DNA from: Patescibacteria group bacterium
GTDB taxonomy: Bacteria; Patescibacteriota; Gracilibacteria; UM-FILTER-43-11
Assembly (NCBI GenBank): GCA_018813295.1
Contig: JAHJBZ010000066.1
Location: 11,231-75,230, forward strand
Length of the DNA stretch: 64,000 nucleotides
Direction: 5' to 3'
The number at the start of each line of letters is the position of its first letter. Within the stretch, counting starts at the first letter, position 1. Below the pieces are notes generated by a model, which was not told the origin of the DNA, did not search any database, and worked only from the letters and a program-made list of their open reading frames with translations. Positions 1 through 9,049 of the stretch are shown piece after piece. Position numbers and translations under genes: made by a program.

Positions 1-49
1 AGCGCCACCCGCCTAAGGCGGGCTCCACCATAGCGCCACAACAGAAAAC

Positions 50-1504
50 ATGATAAAAGACCTCAAACAACTCAGCCCGGGTTTATATGAAATTCCCAAA
101 ACATACAAAAAAGGTATGCTCGTACCTGCACGTATTTTTGCATCTCCGGAGTTATTGGAAAAAATGGACGAAGGTGTTTTTGATCAGGTGACAAATATCG
201 CCACGTTACCAGGAATCGTAGAAGCTGCTTACTGTATGCCGGATGGCCATTGGGGTTATGGATTTCCAATCGGAGGAGTGGCTGCATTCGATCCGGACAA
301 TGACGGAATTATTTCCCCCGGTGGAATTGGTTTTGACATTAATTGCGGCATGCGACTTATTACGACCAATTTGACTGAAGATGATGTAAAACCAAGACTG
401 CATGATTTAATAGACCATTTATATGCCAAAATTCCTGTTGGGGCTGGTCAGCATGGTTTTGTACGCTTACATCAAAAGGAATTCAAACAAGTAATTAAAA
501 AGGGGGCAAGATGGTGCCTGGAAAACGGTTATGCAGAGCAGGAGGATCTGGAAAGAACGGAAAATCACGGTGAATTTAATTGGGCAAATCCTGAAAAAGT
601 ATCCGATAGAGCGATTAAAAGAGGTTATAACCAAATCGGAACGTTAGGAAGCGGAAATCACTATCTGGAAATTCAGGTTGTACGTGATGAAAACATTTTT
701 GATAAAAAATTAGCCAATGCTTTTGGGATTTTTGGTCAAAATCAAATTGTAATCATGTTCCATTGTGGCAGTCGCGGTTTTGGACACCAGGTTGCAACGG
801 ACTACCTCCAAAAATTCCTAAAAAAAATGCCGCAATACGGTATTCCTATACTCGATAAAGAGCTAAGCTGTGCACCATTTAACAGCCAGGAGGGTCAGGA
901 CTATTTTGCAGCCATGGCATGCGCCGCAAACATGGCATTTGCAAACAGGCAGGTAATTTTTCATCAAATTAAAAAGTGTTTCAGTAATATTTTTGGTAAA
1001 ACTCCTCAGGATCTTGGAATAGAACAGCTATATGACGTTACCCACAACACAGCCAAACTGGAGGATCATAAAGTTGGCGGTAAAATCAAAAAATTACTCG
1101 TTCATCGCAAAGGTTCCACACGCTCTTTCCCGCCAGGCCATCCGGATCTGGAGGAGGACTTTCAGGAAACAGGTCAACCGGTTATTATTGGAGGATCTAT
1201 GGCAACTGGTTCTTATTTGCTTGTGGGGACGCAGGAAGCAATGGAAAAAAGTTGGGGTTCCACCGCCCACGGCTCAGGCCGTGCCATGTCTCGCCATAAA
1301 GCAAAAAAAATGGTTAGAGGTAGGGATTTACAGCGAGAAATGGAACAGCAGGGAATTTATGTGAAGACATGCTCTTTTTCCGGTTTAGCAGAAGAAGCTG
1401 GCTTTGCCTACAAAAATATTACTGAAGTAGTTGAAGCCTGTGAGCTTTCAGGAATCTCCAAAAAAGTGGTAGCATTTGAACCAATTGGAAATATTAAAGG
1501 TTAA
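50..1504 (+). CDS. rtcB: RNA ligase RtcB (3'-phosphate/5'-hydroxyl RNA-splicing ligase)
   Basis: 484-aa ORF with RtcB signature blocks HWGYGFPIGG, GGIGFDINCGMR, GSGNHYLE, HCGSRGFGH, GGSMATGSY, STAHGSGR. Confidence 0.95.
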   Translation: MIKDLKQLSPGLYEIPKTYKKGMLVPARIFASPELLEKMDEGVFDQVTNIATLPGIVEAAYCMPDGHWGYGFPIGGVAAFDPDNDGIISPGGIGFDINCGMRLITTNLTEDDVKPRLHDLIDHLYAKIPVGAGQHGFVRLHQKEFKQVIKKGARWCLENGYAEQEDLERTENHGEFNWANPEKVSDRAIKRGYNQIGTLGSGNHYLEIQVVRDENIFDKKLANAFGIFGQNQIVIMFHCGSRGFGHQVATDYLQKFLKKMPQYGIPILDKELSCAPFNSQEGQDYFAAMACAANMAFANRQVIFHQIKKCFSNIFGKTPQDLGIEQLYDVTHNTAKLEDHKVGGKIKKLLVHRKGSTRSFPPGHPDLEEDFQETGQPVIIGGSMATGSYLLVGTQEAMEKSWGSTAHGSGRAMSRHKAKKMVRGRDLQREMEQQGIYVKTCSFSGLAEEAGFAYKNITEVVEACELSGISKKVVAFEPIGNIKG

Positions 1505-1508
1505 CTAT

Positions 1509-2012
1509 ATGAGATTATTCATTTCAATCGACGTGCCAAAAGAATTTCATCGTTACTGTCAGCAATTACAGGATCAGTTTCCTGATATTAGAAAAACAAA
1601 TGAGTTTCATTTAACACTTCAATTTTTGGGTGATGATATTGAAGATGCTGAACCAATTATTGAAACACTAAAAACCATAAAATTCGAACAATTTGAATTA
1701 GAAATGGGTGATGCGCTCCCCTTCCCCAATCCATTTCAACCACGAGGAATTTGGATTGAATGCAAAAAAACTGACGCTCTCGAAAAATTAGCAAATGACA
1801 TACGAGAAGCCTTAGAACCTCTAGGATTTATTCCAGACAAACCTTTTAAAGCGCATATAACTTTAGGCCGATTTAGAAAGCCACCGCATAAAAAACCTGA
1901 AAAAATTGAAGGCGAACAGCACAAATTCACAGTCAATCACTTCAATTTAATGGAAAGCATGCTCAGTCCAATCGGACCGAAATACAAAAGAATAATAAAA
2001 ATAAATTATTAA
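1509..2012 (+). CDS. thpR: 2H-phosphoesterase family RNA 2',3'-cyclic phosphodiesterase / 2'-5' RNA ligase
   Basis: In-frame ATG at 1509, 5 nt after the rtcB stop; the track start at 1476 overlaps rtcB. Two HxTx motifs are present (FHLTLQFLG and AHITLGRF). Confidence 0.85.
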   Translation: MRLFISIDVPKEFHRYCQQLQDQFPDIRKTNEFHLTLQFLGDDIEDAEPIIETLKTIKFEQFELEMGDALPFPNPFQPRGIWIECKKTDALEKLANDIREALEPLGFIPDKPFKAHITLGRFRKPPHKKPEKIEGEQHKFTVNHFNLMESMLSPIGPKYKRIIKINY

Positions 2013-2078
2013 TTTTAGATCAGTGAAATCAAATTCTGCGTAATGAGACAAATCCGAAAAATCTGCGGTTCAGACAAT
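2013..2078. repeat. Truncated copy (right half only) of the TTGTCTGAAC-TIR element family
   Basis: Ends in aatctgcggttcagacaat (2060-2078), the same terminus type as elements at 44139, 58674, 60904 and 62701. Internal words such as gaaatcaaa are shared with the 60904-61416 copy. No matching left terminus was found. Confidence 0.5.
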
Positions 2079-2183
2079 AACCATTTAAAAAAACTGAAAG
2101 AAAAGATACAATGCAAATGTATTTAACATTGAACGTATTATTACGTTTTTATTTTTAATTTTATTTCATAACAATATAAAATC

Positions 2184-4214
2184 ATGAGAAATAAATTTAT
2201 TAAAAGAGTTGCCATTACTCTCACCTTTTTAATGGTGTCAATGCAGCTCACCGCCCTGCCAACTTATGCTCTTGTGGGAGATGCAAGCACTGGCTCTTGT
2301 GCCACAGAAGTGTGTACAACCACTGGTAATACTGCATCCAATGTATCAGGTGCTGGCCAAGCCGAAGAAGTACCTACAGAAGAAATTGAAGGTGAAACTC
2401 AAGGTGAAGTAACTGCAACCTTATATGACAGCCCCGGTGATGACACTGTAACAAGTGCAACCACGATTCCTACCGGAGATTTTTCAGTAGATAGTTTTTT
2501 TGACATAGTTGTCGAAGTAGATTTCGATGAGGAAGTGGATACCGATAATTTAGTTGAGTTAGTTGTCGATGAACTTGAAGTTGCCGATGATGATGAAGGG
2601 GCAGCTATTATCGACGAAGCAATTGATGAACTATTAGAGGAAATTGAAGATATGAGTGACGAAGAAGCAGAAGAGGCTTTAGAAGATCTTGAGGAAGAAA
2701 TTGAAGAAGCAATTGAAGATGCCGAAGAAGAGGCAGGGCAAGGACAGCAAAGCGGAAAAGCACATAGAAAAATCTGGCTGCTGAAAAAATTATTAACCAA
2801 ACTACGTGCTGAATTCCTAAAAGAACATCCGGGAATTGCGAGTATAATTCGCCATGTCACAAATCACCGAGGAATTTATTTAATTCGTTGGGGTAATTTA
2901 GACGGGGGCTGGCCTTGTGCCGGCTATGACCAGGATGAAATTGCTGCAAATTTAGAGGCAGGTGAAACACCATGTGGAGTAGACGTAGTTAACTACGATG
3001 GAATAATTTCTGTGGACAAAGGCACATTAAACGTACGCAAAGAAGTGCTTTTTGAAAATAACGATACCGTAACAAGTTCAAGCGGGTCATCCATTTCATT
3101 TGATTCTGTAATCGCAGGCCATTGGGATGGCTTACTTGTAACATACGTTCCTGCTGCAAACGATGATGGAACACAAGGAGAAGTAAATGTAACAGTTTCT
3201 ATTGGTGATTTAAACGAAACATACACAGGAAGCGAAGTATTTGGGACAAGAGATATAGGCAACGAGCATAAAATTGAAATTAAAAAACTCAGCAATATTT
3301 TAACCGGAGTTTCATCTGACAATATTGGTAAACTTATCCTTGCCAAGTTAAGCGTTTACAACAAAATAAATAATATTCTCGCAAAACTTTATCGCCTGAG
3401 AATGTTAAATGTAGGTGGTGATGCACTTGATGATCTTGAAGATTTAATTGAGGGAATAGAAGATGATAATCTTGATGAAGACAGTGCAGAAGAATTAGAA
3501 GATCTTCTCGATGAATTATATAACGAACTTGATGATGATCTAACAGAAGATGAACTGGATGATATAGTAGATGAATTGGAAAATGATTATGATGATGTGG
3601 ATTCTGCAGCTACAGGCCGTAAATTCGCAGCGGGATTGTTACCATTCAGTGATACTGATGATGACGCATGGTATACAGAATATGTTTCAGCTGTTAAAAA
3701 CAGTGGAATTATAAGTGGATATAAAAATGCTGATGGAAGCTCCACAGGCCAGTACGGACCAGGTAACAATGTTACCGTTGCTGAAATCATAAAAATCGCT
3801 TTAGAAACTACAGGCGAAGGAACCTCAGACAGTACACCAGGCTTAAATGCTGCATGGCATCATTGGGCTAAGGGTTATGTTGCAAGAGCAGAAGAGCTTG
3901 GTCTTGATATTGTAAATGACGACGGTTTAGATTTAGATCGCCCTGCCACCCGCGGGGAAGTTGTCAGAATAATGTTAGAAGTTCTTGGTATCAGTCCAGA
4001 CCCAGTTACCGGAACAGACTTCTTTGATGTACTTACTACCCATGAGCATGCCGCATACGTTCAATATGCAAAAGATTTAGGAATAGTTAGCGGTGACGAT
4101 ACTACCGGCGCTTTTAGGCCAGATGATTCAATAAACCGTGCTGAAGCTGCAAAAATAGCTAACCTAATTCTAAGTGTAGTACTAGGCGGCTATGATAGCT
4201 TCTTCGACATCTAA
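2184..4214 (+). CDS. Secreted acidic surface protein with C-terminal SLH (S-layer homology)-like modules
   Basis: Signal-peptide-like N-terminus (VAITLTFLMVSMQLTALPTYA). Two long D/E-rich low-complexity tracts. Three C-terminal SLH-like repeats (FSDTDDDAWYTEYV.., WAKGYVARAEELG.., HAAYVQYAKDLGIVSG..). Confidence 0.7.
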   Translation: MRNKFIKRVAITLTFLMVSMQLTALPTYALVGDASTGSCATEVCTTTGNTASNVSGAGQAEEVPTEEIEGETQGEVTATLYDSPGDDTVTSATTIPTGDFSVDSFFDIVVEVDFDEEVDTDNLVELVVDELEVADDDEGAAIIDEAIDELLEEIEDMSDEEAEEALEDLEEEIEEAIEDAEEEAGQGQQSGKAHRKIWLLKKLLTKLRAEFLKEHPGIASIIRHVTNHRGIYLIRWGNLDGGWPCAGYDQDEIAANLEAGETPCGVDVVNYDGIISVDKGTLNVRKEVLFENNDTVTSSSGSSISFDSVIAGHWDGLLVTYVPAANDDGTQGEVNVTVSIGDLNETYTGSEVFGTRDIGNEHKIEIKKLSNILTGVSSDNIGKLILAKLSVYNKINNILAKLYRLRMLNVGGDALDDLEDLIEGIEDDNLDEDSAEELEDLLDELYNELDDDLTEDELDDIVDELENDYDDVDSAATGRKFAAGLLPFSDTDDDAWYTEYVSAVKNSGIISGYKNADGSSTGQYGPGNNVTVAEIIKIALETTGEGTSDSTPGLNAAWHHWAKGYVARAEELGLDIVNDDGLDLDRPATRGEVVRIMLEVLGISPDPVTGTDFFDVLTTHEHAAYVQYAKDLGIVSGDDTTGAFRPDDSINRAEAAKIANLILSVVLGGYDSFFDI

Positions 4215-4230
4215 AACAATCTAATCACTA

Positions 4231-4270
4231 AAACCCCGTGTCTGGATCGTCTAGATACGGGGTTTTTGTT
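4231..4270 (+). terminator. Rho-independent terminator after the SLH protein gene
   Basis: aaaccccgtgtctgga / tctagatacggggttt stem followed by tttttgtt. The two non-Watson-Crick positions are G.U on the + strand. Confidence 0.75.
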
Positions 4271-4391
4271 ATGCAACGTAAAGACTAAAGGGTATATAAC
4301 TTAAGGAAAAAGACCCTTAAGCCCTTTAGTAATTAGCCCTTCAGTTTATAAGTTATCTGTTGTATCGTTATGTCGTCATATCGTTTATTAT

Positions 4392-4967
4392 ATGGAACTC
4401 TTTTCGCGCCACAAAAGAAAATTGGAGCGCTTAATTGATATAATTATAATCCTCTTAATAATAGGATGGATTATATTCTTATTTGCTGTAGACCTGGAAA
4501 AAATAATCGAGAATATCGGAGTGCATAATGGATATCTTTTGGCGTTTACTAGCTCATTTTTTGGAGGACTGGTAACAGTAACATTTGCATCCGTTTATCC
4601 AACAATCATCGCCTTTGCGTTAGGGGGGCTCAACCCCATAATATTAGGTATTATTGCAGAAATCGGATTAACAATAGCCAACATGATTTATTTTTATCTT
4701 GGGCGAAAAAGTCGAGTTGTTGCGGAGTACTCATCAACATTCGATAAATACAGCCATCGCATTCTAAAATGGATAAACAGTAAACCAAACTGGCTAATTC
4801 CAATTCTTATATGGATTTATGTAGGACTTAGCCCGTTTCCAAACAACTTGCTCACAACTTCAAGTGGACTGATTGATTTCTCATACAAAAAAATAATCAT
4901 CCCATTGTTTTTAGGAAACATAACACTGATGACAATCCTGGCCTACTTTGGAGTTTTATTTGATTAA
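4392..4967 (+). CDS. Integral membrane protein, family not recognised
   Basis: 191-aa ORF with about five hydrophobic helices and no catalytic motif I can name. Confidence 0.6.
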   Translation: MELFSRHKRKLERLIDIIIILLIIGWIIFLFAVDLEKIIENIGVHNGYLLAFTSSFFGGLVTVTFASVYPTIIAFALGGLNPIILGIIAEIGLTIANMIYFYLGRKSRVVAEYSSTFDKYSHRILKWINSKPNWLIPILIWIYVGLSPFPNNLLTTSSGLIDFSYKKIIIPLFLGNITLMTILAYFGVLFD

Positions 4968-5064
4968 CAAAAAACAATCGCTGGCTCCATGGTTATACCT
5001 GGAGTCAGCGATGTCTTACAGCTCATTCCGATATTGTCGGAAATAGCTTTTTAACCCTATTGAT

Positions 5065-5430
5065 CTATTGCTTAGGCTTTGGAGGCTTTGGTAAACCTAA
5101 TTCCTCCATAATTGAATGTGCTTCCTGCATTTTAGCTCGTCCCTCCTCAATCAATTGATGAGCTTCTACAAATTGATCCCAATTGCTCTCATTAATTATT
5201 TCTAAAATCTTAGCACCGCGTGGTGACTCGCTAACAAGCGAATACCAGGTATCATAATCTCCGTTACTAATAGCTTCGTGAATTGCTGAGCGCATTTCCT
5301 GACGCTCTTCAATGGTTGGCTTTGAAACCTCTTCCTCAGACATTTCATCTGCATAAGATGCCCCAAGCATAGTGAATGTAAAGACAAGTATTAATGTCAT
5401 CACTGCACCAATAGTCGTATACTTTTTCAT
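5065..5430 (-). CDS. Small secreted or anchored helical protein
   Basis: 121 aa. N-terminal signal/anchor MKKYTTIGAVMTLILVFTFTMLGASYA, acidic helical body, KPPKPKQ tail. Confidence 0.55.
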   Translation of the reverse strand: MKKYTTIGAVMTLILVFTFTMLGASYADEMSEEEVSKPTIEERQEMRSAIHEAISNGDYDTWYSLVSESPRGAKILEIINESNWDQFVEAHQLIEEGRAKMQEAHSIMEELGLPKPPKPKQ

Positions 5431-5620
5431 GTTATTTATAAATTAAAAAATTAAAATTTTGAGTGGCCACTCTAAAGCTTCACTAATTAATACACCTGTT
5501 AAAAAATTTTCTTTCAGAAAATTTTTTAAATTTAAGAATATTGAACGCTGAATTTATATTTTTAAAATAAACCCCTGCCTATAAAAACAGATTTAAAATC
5601 AAATCAAAAATCTAAAATCG

Positions 5621-6376
5621 CTAATCAATATTCTTAAATCGATCAGGAGGAGTTGGTGGCCTCATCTTCCCTTCAGGTCTCACCGGCGGCTTCCAAAGCA
5701 TTATCCTCTTAGCCTTAAATTCATCCTCATCAATCTTTTCTCCAAGTACGCCAATAGATTGACGTAACTGCAATCTAAAATCATCCTTAAATTCAGCATC
5801 GGTAATATCCACTGTCCATTTTGTTCCTTTAAAATCAATCATCATAATTTGCTCATCAGACATTAAATTGATAATGCGACCAACAAGCGCACCTCTGTCT
5901 GGTACAACCATAGCTCCATCACGCTTCTCTTTCCAGGTTGCATAAGGAGGAATACTTTCAGCTAAAGCCGTATCAACAGAATGTCCTACTCCTACGAAAT
6001 ATAAACCGGACCCAAATAGCAAAGAGATCACCACTGAGGTTATTACAACCATAACCGGACTGTATCTATATCCCTTTTTGGTTTTTTCAAAAAGCATTGT
6101 TGCCAAAAACATTATAAGACCCAATATTGCGATCCATATATAAGGAAGTACCAACATAAAAGAATGTATTGCACCATTTCCAACATAACGAACAATCTCC
6201 CAATCGACTCCGGTAATTACCCGCAAAATTACACTGATGGCCAAACTACCAAGAACTACAGAAGTAGCTAAAGCTACCCAGAGCAACACATGAAGCAGAA
6301 CAAACTGCCAACGCGACCTTGGTTGAATTTTATTCTTCTTAATTGTGCCTAAAATGGATTTGCTTAGCTTCGTCAT
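5621..6376 (-). CDS. Membrane protein, possible anti-sigma partner of the adjacent ECF sigma
   Basis: 251 aa, multiple TM helices then a soluble C-terminal domain. It starts 4 nt downstream of the ECF sigma gene on the same strand. The anti-sigma role is inferred from context only. Confidence 0.45.
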   Translation of the reverse strand: MTKLSKSILGTIKKNKIQPRSRWQFVLLHVLLWVALATSVVLGSLAISVILRVITGVDWEIVRYVGNGAIHSFMLVLPYIWIAILGLIMFLATMLFEKTKKGYRYSPVMVVITSVVISLLFGSGLYFVGVGHSVDTALAESIPPYATWKEKRDGAMVVPDRGALVGRIINLMSDEQIMMIDFKGTKWTVDITDAEFKDDFRLQLRQSIGVLGEKIDEDEFKAKRIMLWKPPVRPEGKMRPPTPPDRFKNID

Positions 6377-6379
6377 AAA

Positions 6380-6973
6380 TTAGGATATTAAATATATAAG
6401 ATTGTTCTTTTCAGCTATTTGTTTGAATTGAGCTTTCGCGCGATTGATTAATGTGGCAACTGTACCCATTGGTTTTTTCAAAATATCGCTTATTTCTTTA
6501 TAATCCTTTTCGTCGAGATAACGGAGTATTAGTATTTCTCTGAAATCTGGAGACAGCATTGAAAGAACTTTTCGTACTTTTTGCTGTAAATCTTTCTTTT
6601 TTATATCTTTCACAATATTCACATCACTTTCTAGAATATCGATCAGACTTTTAACATCGTCATCATCTGTTTCAATGGGCAATGTTTTGTGTCGATTGAT
6701 TTTTTTAATCTGATTTATAGTTTCGTTATGTGTAATCCGGTAAACCCAGGAAGAGAAGCCTAAATCGAGATCAAAATCATTGAGATTTTTATAAATTTTT
6801 ATAAACACTTCCTGCAAGATGTCTTCAGCTGTTTCCCTATTTACCCCTGAAAAATGACGAATGTACCTAAACAGCTTTTTCTCATAACGTTCCATTAGAT
6901 ACAAAAACACCTCCTGATCTTTCAAGGTTAAGGAAACGAGCTCAGCATCAGTCTTTTTGGAGTAATCTTGCAT
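6380..6973 (-). CDS. RNA polymerase sigma-70 factor, ECF subfamily
   Basis: 197 aa. Region 2 is AEDILQEVFIKIYKNLNDFD....FSSWVYRITHNETIN. Region 4 helix-turn-helix is YKEISDILKKPMGTVATLINRAK. Confidence 0.9.
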   Translation of the reverse strand: MQDYSKKTDAELVSLTLKDQEVFLYLMERYEKKLFRYIRHFSGVNRETAEDILQEVFIKIYKNLNDFDLDLGFSSWVYRITHNETINQIKKINRHKTLPIETDDDDVKSLIDILESDVNIVKDIKKKDLQQKVRKVLSMLSPDFREILILRYLDEKDYKEISDILKKPMGTVATLINRAKAQFKQIAEKNNLIYLIS

Positions 6974-7076
6974 GCAAAAAAATATAGGAAACGCTACTAT
7001 ATAATACTACAAAATAGAAGAATATTTTCTTTCAAAATTCTCTTGCTTTTTACCTTACATAAATATATCATCCTTA

Positions 7077-7093
7077 TTGAGAATCATTATCAA
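7077..7093. promoter_or_regulatory. Fur/PerR-type operator (7-1-7-like imperfect palindrome)
   Basis: ttgagaatcattatcaa lies 7 nt upstream of the Fur-family gene start. It is an imperfect inverted repeat of the TTGAnAAT / ATTnTCAA type, resembling Fur/PerR boxes. Confidence 0.5.
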
Positions 7094-7099
7094 TAAGAA

Positions 7100-7498
7100 A
7101 TGATAACCAAAGATAAAAATCAGCGAGTTACCAGACAAAGGAAGATTATCCTTGATGAAATATGCAAAGTTTGCTGCCACCCTACTGCAAAGCAAGTTTA
7201 CAAAATGACAAAAAAGAAAATGCCAAATATTGGCTTAGCTACTGTATATAGAACTTTGGACTTTTTGGAAAAAAAGAATTTAATAATCAAATTACAATCA
7301 AAAAATAGTGTTACCAAATACGATGGCAATACTTCAAGACACTGTCATTTAATTTGTAAATTATGTGGTAAAATAATTGATATTTTTGATATTAAAAAAG
7401 TCAAAATAGATTCCGATGAATTAAAAAAGTCCGGTTTTGAGCCATCATTGGATTTTTTAGAAATTCATGGCATATGCAAAAAATGTAAAAATTGTTAA
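7100..7498 (+). CDS. Fur-family metalloregulator (PerR-like by context)
   Basis: 132 aa. Winged-helix segment [18 protein letters not shown]. CxxC pairs HLICKLCGK and GICKKCKNC. It sits directly upstream of rubrerythrin and desulfoferrodoxin. Confidence 0.85.
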   Translation: MITKDKNQRVTRQRKIILDEICKVCCHPTAKQVYKMTKKKMPNIGLATVYRTLDFLEKKNLIIKLQSKNSVTKYDGNTSRHCHLICKLCGKIIDIFDIKKVKIDSDELKKSGFEPSLDFLEIHGICKKCKNC

Positions 7499-7526
7499 AA
7501 TCACTTTACCTATTAACCCTATTATC

Positions 7527-8111
7527 ATGAATGAAACAATTCAAAACTTAACAAAAGCATTTATTGGTGAAAGCCAAGCAAGAAATCGATATACGATTTA
7601 TGCAAAAGTCGCTAAAAAGGAAGGATATGAACAAATGTCAGAGATTTTTCTGACTACTGCAGACCAGGAAAGAGAACATGCAAAGTGGTTATTTAGAATG
7701 ATTAATGATTTAAAGAAAGAAAGTTCTAAAAATTTAGACACAATTAATGTAGATGTAGGAGCTCCAACAATAATGAGTGATACAAAAGAAAATCTAAAAG
7801 CAGCAATTGCTGGTGAACATTATGAATATGAATCAATGTATCCAGAATTTGCTGATACAGCTGAAAAAGAGGGATATCCAGATATTGCAAAAAGACTAAG
7901 AGCAATTGCTAACGCAGAAGAGCATCACGAAGAAAGATATAAAAAGCTATTAAAAGAATTAGAAGGAGGTACGGTATTTAAAAAAGCTGAAGAGACAACA
8001 TGGGTTTGTAGCAAATGTGGTCATACTCATACCGGTAATGAAGCACCTGATGCATGCCCTTCGTGAGGTCACCCAACAGCTTATTTTCAAGTAAAATGTG
8101 AAAACTATTAA
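7527..8111 (+). CDS. rbr: Rubrerythrin with in-frame TGA (8064-8066) at the last Cys of the rubredoxin-like CxxC
   Basis: Di-iron motifs [17 protein letters not shown] and EEHHEERY. C-terminal WVCSKCGH..(12)..[23 protein letters not shown]. The frame stays open and family-like for 14 codons after the TGA. The start was moved to ATG 7527, because the 7467 start overlaps the Fur gene. Confidence 0.8.
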
Positions 8112-8130
8112 CTCTTAACTAATTAAGGTT

Positions 8131-8505
8131 ATGACTCAATTAAACCAAATCTATAAATGCAACGTTTGCGGGAATATAGTTGAAATGGTACATGCTGGAG
8201 CTGGCGAACTCGTTTGCTGCGGACAGCCGATGCAATTAATGAAAGAAAACACCGTAGATGCAGCACAAGAAAAACACGTGCCAGTTATCGAAAAAACGGA
8301 CACGGGCATCAAGGTTAAAGTTGGTGACGTGCCTCATCCAATGGAACAAGAGCATTATATTGAATGGATTGAAGTTTTGGCTGACGGAATGAGTTACAAA
8401 AAATTCCTAAATCCAGGTGACGCACCAGAAGCTGAATTTAACGTAACTAGTGATTCAGTCACAGCTCGTGAATACTGCAATTTACATGGACTGTGGAAAT
8501 CCTAG
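8131..8505 (+). CDS. dfx: Desulfoferrodoxin (2Fe superoxide reductase)
   Basis: 124 aa. N-terminal desulforedoxin-like CNVCGN...CCGQPM. Centre II ligand motifs are [18 protein letters not shown] and CNLHGLW. Confidence 0.9.
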   Translation: MTQLNQIYKCNVCGNIVEMVHAGAGELVCCGQPMQLMKENTVDAAQEKHVPVIEKTDTGIKVKVGDVPHPMEQEHYIEWIEVLADGMSYKKFLNPGDAPEAEFNVTSDSVTAREYCNLHGLWKS

Positions 8506-8510
8506 AATCC

Positions 8511-8891
8511 TCAAGCCACAAACCCGAAATAAGCCATTAGCAAACCAAATACCAAAGTGAAATAAGGCATTATCTTCATGAAACTGCCCGTAAACATTGG
8601 CTCAAACCACTTTGTAAAGCCTGGAAAAATCATAAAATTTATACCTTTGACAACCCCTATCCAGCCAATCAAAGTTATAATAACCGGCCAATCCCATACC
8701 CAAATATTGTGATACTCAATAAGTATCATTCCGATTACGATTCCAAAAAGACTCATTAAGGGGTTAATCGCTGGAGTTTTTATAATGTCCTGAAACATTT
8801 TTTTATAGCTAATGGTGCCCATTAATACACCAATAGACATTGCAATGTAAATGACGCCAATGATTTTGGCAACAAAAATTGAAAGTTCCAT
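8511..8891 (-). CDS. Small integral membrane protein
   Basis: 126 aa, four hydrophobic helices, TGA stop. Confidence 0.6.
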   Translation of the reverse strand: MELSIFVAKIIGVIYIAMSIGVLMGTISYKKMFQDIIKTPAINPLMSLFGIVIGMILIEYHNIWVWDWPVIITLIGWIGVVKGINFMIFPGFTKWFEPMFTGSFMKIMPYFTLVFGLLMAYFGFVA

Positions 8892-8912
8892 ATGAAAAAT
8901 GAGTTATGAAAT

Positions 8913-8990
8913 AATGATTATTTGAGTACTCGTAGCAAGTCCCGCTAAGCGGGACGCAGCGAGAGGATATTTGTTTTTGTGTAAAAAAGT
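8913..8990. repeat. TIR-less remnant of the MITE-like element core
   Basis: atgattattt...ctcgtagcaagtcccgctaagcgggacgcagcgagaggatatttgttt is colinear with the core of the 58674-58830 element (atgattattt...ctgtagagacgtcccgcttagcgggacgtctctacgatatttgttt). Confidence 0.55.
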
Positions 8991-9016
8991 ATTTATTTGA
9001 TTATATCACACATTTA

Positions 9017-9047
9017 AAAAGCCCCCGATGTATATCGGAGGCTTTTT
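9017..9047 (-). terminator. Rho-independent terminator for the minus-strand mini-ORF pair
   Basis: On the minus strand the sequence is gcctccgat-atac-atcgggggc followed by ttttt. The single non-canonical pair is U.G on the minus strand but C.A on the plus strand. Confidence 0.7.
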
Positions 9048-9049
9048 AA

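Noticed and set aside
2399-2860. Long antisense or overlapping track ORFs. Examples: 2399-2860, 2993-3346, 20206-20559, 21248-21535, 36197-36538, 45294-45668, 46445-46876, 47977-48327, 50082-50585, 61565-62011, 62051-62314
   Set aside because: All lie opposite, or out of frame within, genes with clear family signatures or within low-complexity (E/S/A-rich) mirror frames. None has an independent motif.
7467-7526. Upstream start (7467) for rubrerythrin, and the long N-terminal extensions of holB (to 15061) and the TauE gene (to 10220)
   Set aside because: The extensions overlap the preceding gene or repeat arrays and add no family-like sequence. Internal ATGs at 7527, 14971 and 10184 give N-termini that match the families.
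8064-8066. Genome-wide TGA reassignment (code 25 TGA=Gly or code 4 TGA=Trp) as the explanation for the in-frame TGA in rubrerythrin
   Set aside because: Long conserved ORFs (nrdJ, recG, tkt, pilB and others) are intact under code 11. TGA also terminates several ORFs at sensible C-termini (8511, 13085, 25892, 26456, 57983). The interrupted codon aligns with a Cys, not a Gly or Trp.
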